The notes beneath the pieces were generated by a model that was not told where the DNA came from, made no database searches, and was given only the letters and a program-made list of their open reading frames with translations. From Eledone cirrhosa (taxonomy: Eukaryota): a stretch of 64,000 nucleotides of DNA. The DNA lies in NCBI GenBank assembly GCA_964016885.1, contig OZ024740.1:326740001-326804000 (forward strand). Reading direction: 5' to 3'. This document shows positions 1-14,335 of the stretch, piece after piece; position 1 is the first letter of the stretch, and every line of letters begins with the position of its first letter. Made by a program: the position numbers and the translations under genes.

Positions 1-274
1 CCGCAGCTGGGAGCAGCTGTGCAGGCATGTCCGGTAATTGAGACGTTAACCGGTAATTGAGATCCTAAAAATGGAAAAACCCACAGTCAACTGGGTCAAA
101 AACACTTTGAGCGCAGCCAGTTAGAATCTTATCTTTCCTTCACCGATAACAATGTATTTCATGTCTGAAATTATTAACTCAACCGCAACGAGTTAACACT
201 ATGTAGATCTATTTTATTCTCTATTGTATAAATAATATTACAAATAAAAAAAAGAAAAGAAAAAAACAGAAGCA

Positions 275-450
275 AGTAGCACAAACATCTAGGACCACAT
301 ACAACACATAATCAGATAATACACACATCTAGGACCACATACAATACACAAGCAGGTAATACACACATCTAGGACCACATACAACACATACTCAGATAAT
401 ACACATATCTAGGACCACATACAACACACAAGCAGGTAATACACACATCT
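275..450. repeat. ~40-bp tandem repeat, about 4 copies
   Basis: Unit ACACATCTAGGACCACATACAACACA...GATAATAC recurs at 40-bp spacing. Confidence 0.9.
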
Positions 451-519
451 TTGGAATATTGTTAATCAATTTTTTAGTAATCTACTGATATAAAAATCAG
501 TTGTATATTGAAAAATGGA

Positions 520-616
520 AAACTAGGGTGGCCGGGGGGGGGGGGGGGGGGGGGCGTTTCGTGATTTCGAGGGACAAAAGGGGCGTTTGGCCTAAATGGG
601 TTGAGAACCCGTGGTC
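520..616. mobile_element. Possible hAT/Charlie-type DNA transposon end
   Basis: GGTTGAGAACCCGTG resembles the reverse complement of the CAGTGGTTCTCAACC hAT terminus; no partner TIR found. Confidence 0.3.
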
Positions 617-817
617 CAGAGCCCTGAGAAAAACATTCCAGTTATGTTTGTCCGGATGTGACTAGATATTACACTTTAAACCAGATTATCGAGGGTTTAC
701 GCGATATAACAGATATGTTGAACCGAAATTCTTTCTCTTTCTTAATATAAACAATCTGAACATTACGCCAATAACAAACAGATGTCAGTATTTATCCCAA
801 CATTACGTCCCTTTACG

Positions 818-935
818 ATCTGAGTTCAAATCCCGCCGAGGTTGACTTTGCCTTTCATCCTTACGGGGTCGATAAAATAAAGTACCAGTAATGCACTGGG
901 TAATTTGCTGGCCTTGTGCCTAAAGTAGAAACAAG
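818..935 (+). mobile_element. tRNA-derived SINE fragment (Meta-SINE-like core)
   Basis: B-box GAGTTCAAATCCC followed by GACTTTGCCTTTCATCCTTACGGGGTCGATAAAATAAAGTACC; near-identical copy at 22205-22285. Confidence 0.75.
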
Positions 936-1190
936 TATTTATCCCAACATTTTAAACGCTAAATATCCAATTCACGTATAAGCATTGCGTACTGAAGCAA
1001 TAGTAATTAATATTATCACCTATAGTAATTAGTATAGCTTACCAACTTGCAGTATGTATATATATACACACACACACACAAATGTACTCACACAGAACGC
1101 ATACGCGCAGTTCTCAACATCACACTCACTCCAATTCTCTTTTTCTCATACACATTCTGCCTCAGTTTTTTTATCCACCTCTCTCTCTGC

Positions 1191-1239
<49 letters not shown>

Positions 1240-1485
1240 TATATAACAGTGATAATCATCGGTGAAAAACAATAAACGTGAATTAAATACGAATGACATT
1301 TCAAGTAATAAAAGGAAACAATCTCTTTAATGTCGCTTTGAAAACTTTCATAAACAATTCTGAAGCTAAATAAATTTTTTCACAGAACCATCTGCAAATC
1401 ATTAAATATATAATATAACAATTTAGACATTTATATTTGAAAGAAAATTTTCTAACATCTTTTGTTACATGTACATACATACATG

Positions 1486-1580
<95 letters not shown>

Positions 1581-1646
1581 CGGCGATAGCTTACATTTCT
1601 AATAATTTCAAACCCACTCGCTGTTTCGAAAATATTATTATTTGAC

Positions 1647-1683
<37 letters not shown>

Positions 1684-1732
1684 ATATCAATGATATTAAT
1701 AAATGGAAACTATATTTATAAAACCATATTTA

Positions 1733-1789
1733 TTCTATTATATATATTTCAAGGGTACCAAAACTTTGGTACGTTCTCATCAGATAAAA
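1733..1789 (-). ncRNA. Type I hammerhead ribozyme in a PLE-like 3'-end fragment
   Basis: Minus strand: TTTTAT CTGATGA gaac GTACCAA agtt TTGGTAC cctt GAAA TATATA TA ATAGAA; stem I, stem II and palindromic stem III present. Confidence 0.75.
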
Positions 1790-2000
1790 TACAAAGTTTG
1801 TTTTATAAATATTGACATATCCAGGAACGAGACCTTCACGGTTTAAGTTTTACCTGGATAGTAAAAGGAAAAAGGGGAAGAGAGGAAAAAACAAATATTT
1901 CAAATTATTAAGATGAATATAATATGCAAATGAGATTGAGGCATAGGGCTGAAAAAAACGTTATTTTTAGACGCTAGGTAGATTTAAATAATTATTAGGA

Positions 2001-2113
<113 letters not shown>

Positions 2114-2340
2114 AGGAAGAAGAAAGAGAAAGAATGAAAAGATTGTATTTACGTGAATTTAAAAAGATTGAAATATTAAGAATTAACAGTTTGTAGGAAT
2201 GGTGGAATATGATTCCAGAAATTAAAAAATATTTAGCGAAATTATGAGTTATAATATTATATATATAATCAATTAGATTATATGAATCAGTTATAAATAT
2301 ATATATTTGTTGAATAAACAACAAATTAAATATCCCTTTG

Positions 2341-2420
<80 letters not shown>

Positions 2421-2518
2421 TACATACATATAACGAAGGAATTGTGGTAAGGACCCAGATGGACCATAACGCACCAGAGTACTCAATACTTAGGGTAGTA
2501 GAGTGGGTAATATATCTA

Positions 2519-2588
<70 letters not shown>

Positions 2589-2598
2589 AACCAGTAAG

Positions 2599-2692
2599 AC
2601 CCCGACAGCTGAGCTCAAGCCGTTTCGACGGCTAATTCTGGACTAAATGAAAATTTATCCTGGTATTTAAATAGCCGATCTTCTCAAGGGGT
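2599..2692 (-). ncRNA. Type I hammerhead ribozyme, U3-A8 core variant
   Basis: Reverse complement of the motif at 7040-7133. Confidence 0.8.
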
Positions 2693-3806
2693 AATTCCAT
2701 ATATGGTCAAAGTGATTGTCAAAAATCAGTAGTAATTCTGTGGTTGCAAATTAGTAGGGGAGATGGTGACTAAACCTGCCAGTAGGAGAAAGAGGGGAGG
2801 GGGTGGAGTAGACCCAATCAAGCGTTGGTAGTGCCAGCTACAGCTGGGCATGAGGTCAAAGAAGATACAGGGGAGGGGGAGGGGGAGGAAGTCGGAACGG
2901 TAGGTAGAACAATGGGGGGTAGAAATAGGAAAGAAAAAATACTGAGAGTGAAGAAAAGCAAATAAGTGTAAAGAAAAAGAAAAAGTAAAGTAAATTAAAT
3001 TCAACGACCTAGGTGTCAGGCTATTGTTAGGCGAGAATAAAATAAAGAAAGAAAGAAAGAAGTAAATAAATAAATAAATAAATAAATAAGGAAATAAGTA
3101 AGAGAACTAGGTGGGACGGATAAGGCAAGGACCCTTTTAAGAGGTATAAGTACGTAAATGATACGGTGACGGGTCAACAAAAGGGGCCAAAATACTAAAG
3201 AGACTACCACGAAATAAACAATAAAGGTTTCCATCCCGGGCCAGCAACGACCCAGTGCAGCAAAGTGAACTTGTACGAGATAATAATTCTGAGTCCCGGG
3301 AAAAATATATACTAATGCTAACTCTAAAAGATCTAAAACAAGCTACATGAAAGTTCGTACGAAATAAAGGTAGAATACGGAGAAATAAATTCAGAATCCA
3401 CCCCGCCCAGAAGAAAAGCGAAGCAAGAAATACTGAAACGAAAAAATAAGGCATAAGTGCCACTAAGAAATATAGAGGGCACAGAGAATAGTGGGAGCGG
3501 TCGGAAAAAGGGGGAAAGTATCCGGGGTCTAAGCCAACTGCTATAAAGGGCGGAGTCCACCAAATCTATCAAAGACTAGGGGAGGGGGGGGGGGGGGGTA
3601 CTAAGGCTACATGGGGCCAAAGGGCAGCCTCGGGTGGGCGAGAAAAGACGCCGACAAAGGAGAAGAGCTGGGGTGGAAGGACAAAGGAGAGAGGGGGGAA
3701 GGAAATAAAGGAAGCGATAAAAGAATACAAAGAAGATCTTACGTCTTCCTTGGCAAGCAGGGGTTACCCATTGCAAAATCGGCAACTGGGGTGTTATAGC
3801 CCCAGT

Positions 3807-5597
3807 CTACCCCCCCGGGTCATTATGGGGTTTGAGGGCGAGGTAAGTCCTACGCAATCTATGTTTACATGCAGTAACCAGTTCATCTTTCTTGTTTAGG
3901 AGTTGGTCCGTCGAAAACAGCATTTGTAAAGTTTCCTCCGAGCATAAATTGCACGGACGGCGTCCTCCCGTGTAAGAATTGGCTCTGGACAGTAATCTCC
4001 AAGTGAGATCATAGGTGATGTTGTTGTCCTTGAGGTCCCATATGTGGCCCGAAAGTGTAGTGGCGTGACGCCGGGCCGGGTTTCGGAAGGTATGTCTATG
4101 TTGGTATAGCCGGGTCTTGAAGTCACATGCGGTAAGTCCTATATAGGCTTTGTTGGAGGTATCCGTCCTCACGTTGCACTGGTAGATCACATTACGGTCT
4201 CTGCATCTATTGTCGAGTGGGCAAATAGATCTATCCGGGCAGTTACACCTCCTGGTCGGTTCTCCACTGCTAATTAGGTTATTTCTGCCATCGGGGTTGA
4301 GTTTTTTGTTGTTAGAGGAGACGATGTTTTGTGCGAAGTTTGGTGTAGTGCTGTAAGAGAGTTTGATGGTATTTTTGTTAATTATGTTGTGGTAGCGGTG
4401 TTGTAATGGGAAGTGTTTTTCAATGAGCCTAAAGAATAGTTTCCCGATGGGAGTAGTCACCTCTGCGTTGTGGGGAGGATTGAACCATGTTACATTGCGT
4501 GAGCGGCGGTGTCTCCTGCTGGTTCCGCTAATGGGAGCTGGGCAGTAGGATATTTCCTCCCGGAAACCACTCCGCTTGAGGGCCTGATTGTAATAAGGCG
4601 CATGTTCATCGAATATCCGCTCATTAGCTGACAAACGGGATATGCGGAGGGAGATGTTTTTGACCAGGTTGTTTGTGATGTTCCTAGGATGGTTTGATCG
4701 GCGGTGGATGTAGTGCAGATTGTCATTAGGTTTCCTGTATGGGTAGTACAGGTCGTTTTCGAGATCGAGGGTTACGTCCAGGAAGTTTACTCGGGTCAGG
4801 GACGTTTGTAGGGTTATTTTAAATCCCCAGTCGCGGAAGAATCTGATTAATTGTTTCCGGACCCGATCTGTACTACTGGGGTTGTACCCTTTAAGGGTAA
4901 GGAGCCCATCATCACGGTACAATCCACCACCGAATGCAGGAAACATATCAGTGAGTTTGGCTATTAGGAATAATCCTATAAGATCAGTGACCTCCGCCGA
5001 ATCCGTGGCGCCCATGCTGACGTCGAAGGGTGAGTCAGGAGCTCTTTTTATCCATTTAGAGTTGTCAAAGAGTAAGACTGTCTTCCTGGCGTGGAGGATG
5101 ATTTTTCTTTCATGGTCGGTGATGGGCACGAGTGTTTCGGCGAAGTCCAAGGCGGCAGTAAGTAGCGGTAAGGTGATTGAAGCATAGTAGCTCTCTATGT
5201 CGAACTGTATGAATTTAGTTTCTCGTTTATCCTCCATATTGCTGAACCAGGAGATTACTTCCTGGGTGTTGATCCATAGGCTAAGTCGGGTGTGTTGCTT
5301 GACTTTTGGTATCACGCGGTCTAGGATTTTTTTGCTGATTCTCCCTATGTCGGACTTCGTTGGGTTAATAAGCCTGATGGAGGGTTTACGGTCAAAATCG
5401 GATTTATGGTCCTTCAGTGTGAAGTATGGTGTCCGTGGGTCTAGAGGTTCCGTGCGGTCGGCGACCCCGAGGCTGGAGGTGATTTGTTGTCCATCTCGAT
5501 TTATGTCCTCGATACAAGAGTGGTTGGCCTTTTTATAGGTGGAGTTTAGGCTGCTCCTGATCAGTGTGTGGTATCTGTCAGGGTTGACAAAGTATAG
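3807..5597 (-). CDS. 5'-truncated PLE reverse transcriptase + GIY-YIG endonuclease (open frame, no start codon)
   Basis: FIQFDIESYY, DVSMGATDSAE, GGLYRDDGL, NFLDVTL, CNCPDRSICPL, YQCNV..AYIGLT..FKTR, CNLCSEE. The frame stays open upstream of the listed ORF (LYFVNPDRY...LKDHK...KSDIG). Confidence 0.93.
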   Translation of the reverse strand, partial: LYFVNPDRYHTLIRSSLNSTYKKANHSCIEDINRDGQQITSSLGVADRTEPLDPRTPYFTLKDHKSDFDRKPSIRLINPTKSDIGRISKKILDRVIPKVKQHTRLSLWINTQEVISWFSNMEDKRETKFIQFDIESYYASITLPLLTAALDFAETLVPITDHERKIILHARKTVLLFDNSKWIKRAPDSPFDVSMGATDSAEVTDLIGLFLIAKLTDMFPAFGGGLYRDDGLLTLKGYNPSSTDRVRKQLIRFFRDWGFKITLQTSLTRVNFLDVTLDLENDLYYPYRKPNDNLHYIHRRSNHPRNITNNLVKNISLRISRLSANERIFDEHAPYYNQALKRSGFREEISYCPAPISGTSRRHRRSRNVTWFNPPHNAEVTTPIGKLFFRLIEKHFPLQHRYHNIINKNTIKLSYSTTPNFAQNIVSSNNKKLNPDGRNNLISSGEPTRRCNCPDRSICPLDNRCRDRNVIYQCNVRTDTSNKAYIGLTACDFKTRLYQHRHTFRNPARRHATTLSGHIWDLKDNNITYDLTWRLLSRANSYTGGRRPCNLCSEETLQMLFSTDQLLNKKDELVTACKHRLRRTYLALKPHNDPGG

Positions 5598-5929
5598 GAC
5601 TTACCGCATGTGACTTCAAGACCCGGCTATACCAACATAGACATACCTTCCGGAACCCGGCCCGGCGTCACGCCACTACACTTTCAGGCCACATATGGGA
5701 CCTCAAGGACAACAACATCACCTATGATCTCACTTGGAGATTACTGTCCAGAGCCAATTCTTACACGGGAGGACGCCGTCCGTGCAATTTATGCTCGGAG
5801 GAAACTTTACAAATGCTGTTTTCGACGGACCAACTCCTAAACAAGAAAGATGAACTGGTTACTGCATGTAAACATAGATTGCGTAGGACTTACCTCGCCC
5901 TCAAACCCCATAATGACCCGGGGGGGTAG
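5593..5929 (+). pseudogene. Inverted duplicate of the PLE GIY-YIG C-terminal coding part
   Basis: IGLTACDFKTRLYQHRHTF...PHNDPGG*, matching the minus-arm protein end. Confidence 0.9.
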
Positions 5930-7039
5930 ACTGGGGCTATAACACCCCAGTTGCCGATTTTGCAATGGGTAACCCCTGCTTGCCAAGGAAGACGTAAGAT
6001 CTTCTTTGTATTCTTTTATCGCTTCCTTTATTTCCTTCCCCCTCTCTCCTTTGTCCTTCTACCCCAGCTCTTCTCCTTTGTCGGCGTCTTTTCTCGCCCA
6101 CCCGAGGCTGCCCTTTGGCCCCATGTAGCCTTAGTACCCCCCCCCCCCTCCCCTAGTCTTTGATAGATTTGGTGGACTCCGCCCTTTATAGCAGTTGGCT
6201 TAGACCCCGGATACTTTCCCCCTTTTTCCGACCGCTCCCACTATTCTCTGTGCCCTCTATATTTCTTAGTGGCACTTATGCCTTATTTTTTCGTTTCAGT
6301 ATTTCTTGCTTCGCTTTTCTTCTGGGCGGGGTGGATTCTGAATTTATTTCTCCGTATTCTACCTTTATTTCGTACGAACTTTCATGTAGCTTGTTTTAGA
6401 TCTTTTAGAGTTAGCATTAGTATATATTTTTCCCGGGACTCAGAATTATTATCTCGTACAAGTTCACTTTGCTGCACTGGGTCGTTGCTGGCCCGGGATG
6501 GAAACCTTTATTGTTTATTTCGTGGTAGTCTCTTTAGTATTTTGGCCCCTTTTGTTGACCCGTCACCGTATCATTTACGTACTTATACCTCTTAAAAGGG
6601 TCCTTGCCTTATCCGTCCCACCTAGTTCTCTTACTTATTTCCTTATTTATTTATTTATTTATTTATTTACTTCTTTCTTTCTTTCTTTATTTTATTCTCG
6701 CCTAACAATAGCCTGACACCTAGGTCGTTGAATTTAATTTACTTTACTTTTTCTTTTTCTTTACACTTATTTGCTTTTCTTCACTCTCAGTATTTTTTCT
6801 TTCCTATTTCTACCCCCCATTGTTCTACCTACCGTTCCGACTTCCTCCCCCTCCCCCTCCCCTGTATCTTCTTTGACCTCATGCCCAGCTGTAGCTGGCA
6901 CTACCAACGCTTGATTGGGTCTACTCCACCCCCTCCCCTCTTTCTCCTACTGGCAGGTTTAGTCACCATCTCCCCTACTAATTTGCAACCACAGAATTAC
7001 TACTGATTTTTGACAATCACTTTGACCATATATGGAATT

Positions 7040-7133
7040 ACCCCTTGAGAAGATCGGCTATTTAAATACCAGGATAAATTTTCATTTAGTCCAGAATTAG
7101 CCGTCGAAACGGCTTGAGCTCAGCTGTCGGGGT
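7040..7133 (+). ncRNA. Type I hammerhead ribozyme, U3-A8 core variant
   Basis: ACCCC TTGAGAA GAtCGGCTA...TAGCCGTC GAAA CGGCT tgagctc AGCTG TC GGGGT; all three stems pair, GUC cleavage triplet. Confidence 0.8.
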
Positions 7134-7224
7134 CTTACTGGTTCCTATTACCCACTCTACTACCTCAAGTATTGAGTACTTTGGTGCGTTATGGTCCACC
7201 TGGTTCCTTACCACACTTCCTTCG

Positions 7225-7268
<44 letters not shown>

Positions 7269-7304
7269 ATATCTATATCTATATAGATATAGATATCTAC
7301 ATAT

Positions 7305-7337
<33 letters not shown>

Positions 7338-7429
7338 CATACATACTTACATATTATATATATATATATATACATATATATATACACACACGCACACACA
7401 CACACATATATATATATACATATATATAT

Positions 7430-7463
<34 letters not shown>

Positions 7464-8486
7464 TTATACTGTATGTTTAATTAAAAACATTTAGAAGACC
7501 ATTCGCTATGAGTTTTGAAGCAGTGACTATGTCACTTGTTCTCGGCAAGGTCATGATAAACGCTCACAAGCGAGAAACAGACTGTCTGTTGGCTGCTCTC
7601 TGTTGTTTTTGCATTGTTTGTGGATGAAACTATGAGATCATCTTAGTGCTAGTAATATATGAACCATGTTCTTACAAAGTTCTAGGGATATGAAGCCATT
7701 GCGATTCAGATTTCCCACACCAAAATCCTCAAGGGAATTTCGTTTCAATTCCAAGAGAATTTCAACGCTGAGCATATAATGCTGTTTCGTCTCTCCAGAG
7801 AGAGTCTGTGTAAGGGCGTAGTCATATACTATAACAGCAAGTTATCCATCTTTCAAGTGCAGTCGGAGAATTATCAATCTTACATGTATAAATCTAGAAT
7901 GCTCTCCTAATCTTTTAAGTATTTCAGAGAAGACATAAAGAAGAAGAAAAAGCAAACAAACAAATACAAAAACAACAAAAAATCCCCAGCTTTCTTAAGC
8001 TCGTCTTTTCAGAAACTGGTTTAGCCATCTCCAACTTCTTCAAGCTGGCCGCCACATTTTAGTCGAGTCGTTAAAGTAGTAACTATATTTACCTTATATT
8101 GGCTTATTGCACGACAACTAAACCGTAATGATGTATATGTAGTTGCTCTTCCAGGGACTTGTCTCGAAGGTGAAGGTCGTGCAATAATGGCTTTACGATG
8201 TTCAGGCGTATATTTACTCTTGTTATTCAGTAGGGTACGTAAATTCCAGTGCGAAATATTTATATTCTAACCACCCTTTTTTTAAAAATACTTTTTCTCT
8301 GTTCTGTGAGCACAAAATGGACATCCATCTAACGAGTCAAACTACCCAAACAGAAAAAGCCGGGCAATCTTTAACTCATCTTTTCCAAAACCTCCTTGGT
8401 CTCCAGAAGACCACAGCCCACCATAGATGGAATCGTTCCGACACCCATTCAACAACAAATCCACATCATTGTCTTCAACGATAAGA

Positions 8487-8610
8487 GAATTACTTTATGT
8501 CTAATGCAGTTTTTCCCCAGCTGGACCAGAAGCTTCAGGCTTCAGCAACGAACCAGCCTGAAGCTTCTGGTCCAGCTGGGAAAAAAACTCCATTGGTCAT
8601 AAAGTAATTC
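8487..8610. repeat. ~120-bp inverted repeat (hairpin)
   Basis: CCCAGCTGGACCAGAAGCTTCAGGCT / AGCCTGAAGCTTCTGGTCCAGCTGGG perfect core with imperfect outer arms GAATTACTTTATG / CATAAAGTAATTC. Confidence 0.85.
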
Positions 8611-8929
8611 ATTTTGCCTATCGAATGATGGCTTAAAATTGAGGAGCTGAAAAAACATACACTGGCTGCAGAGAGGTGAGATCGCAGTTATATACTCCCA
8701 CGGTGACACAACCCGCTATTCCCTACCCCACTCATAGCTAACGCAGAGTCCTGCTTATTTTCTGACACACATCGTACACACACACACACACACAATTTAA
8801 TGTAGAAATTGCTTCTACAGGACTAGAAATGTTTCATTCGGAGAAAATCATCAGGAAAGCCTGACACATTTCCTGCATGATTTCCTTCGAATGAAACAGT
8901 TCTAGTCCTGCAGAAGCCATTTCTATATT

Positions 8930-9022
<93 letters not shown>

Positions 9023-9578
9023 TATATATATATAGATATAAATATAATACCACTATAGAATCAGAAGTAAAAAAAAAAAACAAGAGAAAAGAAAATAAGG
9101 AAGACGCCCGGAATGATATTTTGTTTCTTAAACATTTGACGATATCTTATCTTGTTATTCAGCTACAATTTTTATTCGATTCATTCTTTCCTGCTTCCTT
9201 TCCTGTTTTCTGGTCTCTGTTTTTCTTTCTTTCTTCCTTTCAATATAAATGTCAATGCTTTGCAGCTACAGAAAACAGTTAGTCTCTGAACAAATATTGA
9301 TGCGAGTCCAGCTTCTCTTTACGTTGTTTAAGCCCCACCTTCATCCATCTCTGTTCCTTTTCTGTCTCACCTTTTTCTCGACTTCATATATATATACATA
9401 CAGACAAAAACAAACACACACTCACACAAAAATACAACACATACGTATATATACATATTCTTCTTTTTGTGTTAATTACTCTTGTGTTAAGCACGTTTGC
9501 ATGTATGTATGTATGTATGTATGTATGTATGTATGTATGTATGTATGTATGTATGTATGTATGTATGTATGTATGTAT

Positions 9579-10170
9579 GGTGCTACTGGTAACATGTATC
9601 CCAGTACAACCTGTCTCATGGTCACGTCATTGGCGACTAAACTGGCAACCCCACCAAGGTTTCTTGGTGAGGAGGGTGACTTTGGACATCCTGCAGAACT
9701 AAAAACAAAACCTGTCAAAGGGCAAAGGAGCTCTTAAGAGTCAATGGCCATCCAAAATCACTGGGAGAGATGACCCCTTAGCCTTTGTCAAGGCAGAATT
9801 CTAGGAGAAGGAAAACTCTGATATAACATCTGCAACCCTGATGGTATCCAATGATGTTGACTTGTTCTTCTTTTTGGTAAATATCATCTTGGTTAAGAGA
9901 GTGGGACTGGCTCTGTGCAGTGCCTTTGCTCACTATAAAAGCTTCACGGCACAGGCATTGCTTTGTATCTGGAGATCTCTCTGCACTTGTCGTCACATGG
10001 TACCAAAGGCAAAGCACTATGTGTCAATAATTGTCACAAGTGTAGTGTTTGTACCAGAGTTTTCAAGTCGCTGGCTGGACTAAAAAGTCACTCGTTCAGC
10101 GCATCGGTAGGGGTTCTCCTACATGGATATAAAGTAGTGGCCGTACTCGAAAACGAGTTGGCAGCCACCA
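9579..10170 (+). mobile_element. Short non-autonomous element with RTE-like 3' Cys/His remnant, copy 1
   Basis: Encodes remnant [17 protein letters not shown] (RTE-type C-terminal CxxC..H motif); flanked by (TATG)n. Confidence 0.55.
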
Positions 10171-10224
10171 TGTATGTATGTATGTATGTATGTATGTATG
10201 TATGTATGTATGTATGTATGTATG

Positions 10225-10908
<684 letters not shown>

Positions 10909-11107
10909 ATATACGTACACACATATATGCATACAGACGTACAGTAGTATGTATATATATACATACATGCACACATATATATATATACACGTATCGGTTT
11001 ACCGAACATTTATTATAATGCTCGGTTTGTTTGTTTGTAAACAAACAAACAGCCCGAATTACGCCGTACAGTGTTTAGGCAACCACGTCACCTTTTTGTA
11101 CACAGGA

Positions 11108-11150
11108 ACGATGTACTAGTTTCAAGCTTATTAGCTATCGTCAGCATCGT
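11108..11150 (-). ncRNA. Minimal type I hammerhead ribozyme
   Basis: Minus strand: ACGATG CTGACGA t AGCT aata AGCT t GAAA CTAG TA CATCGT; 6-bp stem I, palindromic stem III, GUA triplet. Confidence 0.9.
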
Positions 11151-11998
11151 ATACCTTCCTGCCAGATGGTTGAACGTCTGAAAGTATATACTTTCCTTAT
11201 GCATATTAACGGCCGAGCAGCCTAATTTGCATATCGAGTGAGTTCAGTCGGCCGGACACACCGAAAACGATAAATGGAATAGAATGAAACGAAATTTCAT
11301 TTCTCACTCTTAGTACGGCACTTAAATGTAAGCATGTATGTATATATACGTAAATACATATATGTATACAGACGTACAGTAGTATGCATACATATACATA
11401 CATGCACACATATATATATATGCACGTATCGGTTTACCGAACATTTATTATAATGCTCGGTTTGTTTGAAAGGACTTGACTGCTGTTTCTAGTTGTCGAT
11501 AACCCTATTCACGCCACTGGGACGAAGCTGGTATGATGTGTGTATTTTTAGTAGATACAGCACGTGTTACTAGCCAGTCGCTGATTTGAACTTAATGCGT
11601 AAACACAGATGTCTGGACTTCTTCCTTGTTGAAAATCCAAGTATCGGCAACCGTGGTTTACCATTCGATTCATTGGTGAAATATATTTCTTTAATGGAAT
11701 ATATACAGGGAAGATTAATCATATTATAAGGTATCTATTTTTGAAGTTCTAGTTAACTTTATTTAGTTACCTACCTAGCTATGTGTGCTTATACACTTGT
11801 AAAAATTATCCCCTGTGATTGTTTCATATGTTTATTTATATGTTAATTAATTTCTAGTTGTTATAAAATGCTCGGACCTATTCATTAGAATCTTAGAGCC
11901 TATATTACGGGTGATATGGCGCATGCCTTTCTGGCATGACACCTATAATTTTGATTTAGATTAAATTCACTTTGATTTATCTTAATTTTGGATATAGA

Positions 11999-12075
<77 letters not shown>

Positions 12076-13908
12076 ATATGTATGTATATGTATGTATATG
12101 TATGTATATATATGTATATGTATATGTTAATAAGATACCCCATATTTGTAGTTAAATCTACGTTATTTTAATTGGCAGGCAATGGACTTAGGAAGAATAG
12201 TAGTTCAGTGATTAAAATCTTAAGTAAGTAGAAATCTAAATAGTTACTGTATGGTTAGCGTGGTTAACCCCCCCCCCCCCCGTTGGACGACAGAGAAATA
12301 AAGCGCTTTATAATGTGTGCCAAAAGAAGTCTGACATTTTCCGATGTCCTCAATGTTGTTCGGCACCACGGGGTAGAATGGTGTGGAAAACCGAAATCTT
12401 TATGATCTTCAGTTGGCAACTGATGAATGAAATGTCTCACAGCTCTATGCGAAATATTGAATAACAAGACTACTAGGAAAAACTGTCGGGAATTTTGAAA
12501 AGAGATGACACTGTGAAAAATCAACCTGTTTGGAGAACAGAAATAGTAGAAAACGAATATACACAATCCACCAGCTTACTCGTGGACAACAACTTATCTA
12601 AAACTACATCACCTTCCACTTGTAATTGAATGTGTAATTAAATGAATTTTTCTTCTATTGTACAAAAATAGGTTGTGGTGTTAGACACGAACCTGAATGG
12701 GTAACGGCGAATGAGGCGATTGGCAGATTGGCTGGAGTCAGAATCAGGAAAAATTCTACAGTGATTAAGAACCTGCTAGCTGTCCCTTTAAATATTCTGA
12801 TCCTATTATCATTACAATGTACTACCTGGCTGGCATTGGGCTTTTGATGGAGAGAAGAGCAGCGGTTTACAATCTGTGGAGGGAATCAGAAAACACTTCA
12901 TAATAAATATCATTTATGACCCAAGATGAGATTGCACTGACAGCAATGATAAAATCCTCAGAGCAAATTCATCTTGGGTCACAAACTGTGCATAGATAGT
13001 AATATAATGTTATTTACTTCGTATATATAATTCTTTTTATGAGGCTTCTAATTAAAAAAAAGAAAAACTGTTTCTATATCTACAGTAAATTTTTTATTGA
13101 ACCTTGTATTATACAATGTGTTCTAGCATAAATATTTATTAATTAATTACGTTGCCAAGATAATGCACGACATGAAAATCAGACTGATAATTTCAGCTAT
13201 ATTCTGTATTCTGCTTGACATATATAGCAATGTTATAAGAAGATTACTCTGTAGACAGAATTATAGGAGTAATTGTATTTTGAGGAGGAGACAATAATCT
13301 CCGAAATGCGTAAACGTAATCTTTTCTATTTTTCTATGCATAGAGGGAATAAAAAAAGTGCTTACACTCCATTCTTTTCAAAGCGGGGCTGCTAATTAAA
13401 AAAGACTAGTTACGTCTATATTAAATGTAAGTGAAATTTTCTAATATACGCTGTGCTCTAGCATAAATATTTATTATGTGTGTGTGTGTGTGTGTGTGTG
13501 TGTATGATTGCATGTGTAAGTATGTGAAAGCGTGTGCGTATGTGTGTGCGTCTGTGTGTATTTATACCTATATACATACAGCGTACTATACTTATATTGT
13601 TAAATAGATGCGTGTTTATATAATTACTTGCATATGATTCTAAATATGTCTTTGTATGCGTGTGTTTACAGCAAATATTAACGGAATATCAATCTCATAA
13701 AAGTTACTGAATTCCAGTAAAACTCTATAATTTTCAAATCAATGTTTTCCTATTAGATAAAGCGGCTGGCAAGATAAAAAGGTACCATTATTTTGAAGTG
13801 AATGTTATCACCAGTGTTATGACACAAAGATTACCTATTGCGAGATAAAATATCTAAATGGAAGAACCAACATATAAAAAACATACATTTATATGTGTCT
13901 CTAAATGG

Positions 13909-13951
<43 letters not shown>

Positions 13952-14068
13952 TAGACAGGCTGACACGCACACGTACACACATATACACATGTACACACAG
14001 ACATACACACACAGAGAGACAGACACGCACACGTACATACATACACACACACATATGTACATACTTAT

Positions 14069-14103
<35 letters not shown>

Positions 14104-14143
14104 TACATATATAAATATATATGCATACATATATATATATACA

Positions 14144-14231
<88 letters not shown>

Positions 14232-14278
14232 GAAATGACAGGAGGCTGGATTTGTGTAAATCCTTGAAAGGTTTATTA

Positions 14279-14335
14279 TACTATGATCATTTCAATGACC
14301 GGGTTCCGTATGAATCCGGTGATATCATCAGGTAT
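14279..14335 (-). ncRNA. Type I hammerhead ribozyme
   Basis: Reverse complement of 16792-16849 with one stem II change (G-C to A.C mismatch). Confidence 0.85.

Larger units (their letters stand above)
2586..7226. mobile_element. Penelope-like element with inverted architecture (minus arm 2586-5597, plus arm 5593-7226), flanked by (TA)n
   Basis: 5593-7146 is the near-perfect reverse complement of 2586-4143; RT+GIY-YIG ORF; a hammerhead near each outer end. Confidence 0.95.

Noticed and set aside
275-450. CRISPR-like spacing of 40-bp repeats
   Set aside because: No unique spacers, eukaryotic context and no cas genes; a simple minisatellite
12270-13020. Possible host exons or transposase relic
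   Set aside because: Stops in all frames inspected and no recognisable motif; cannot be supported without a database search
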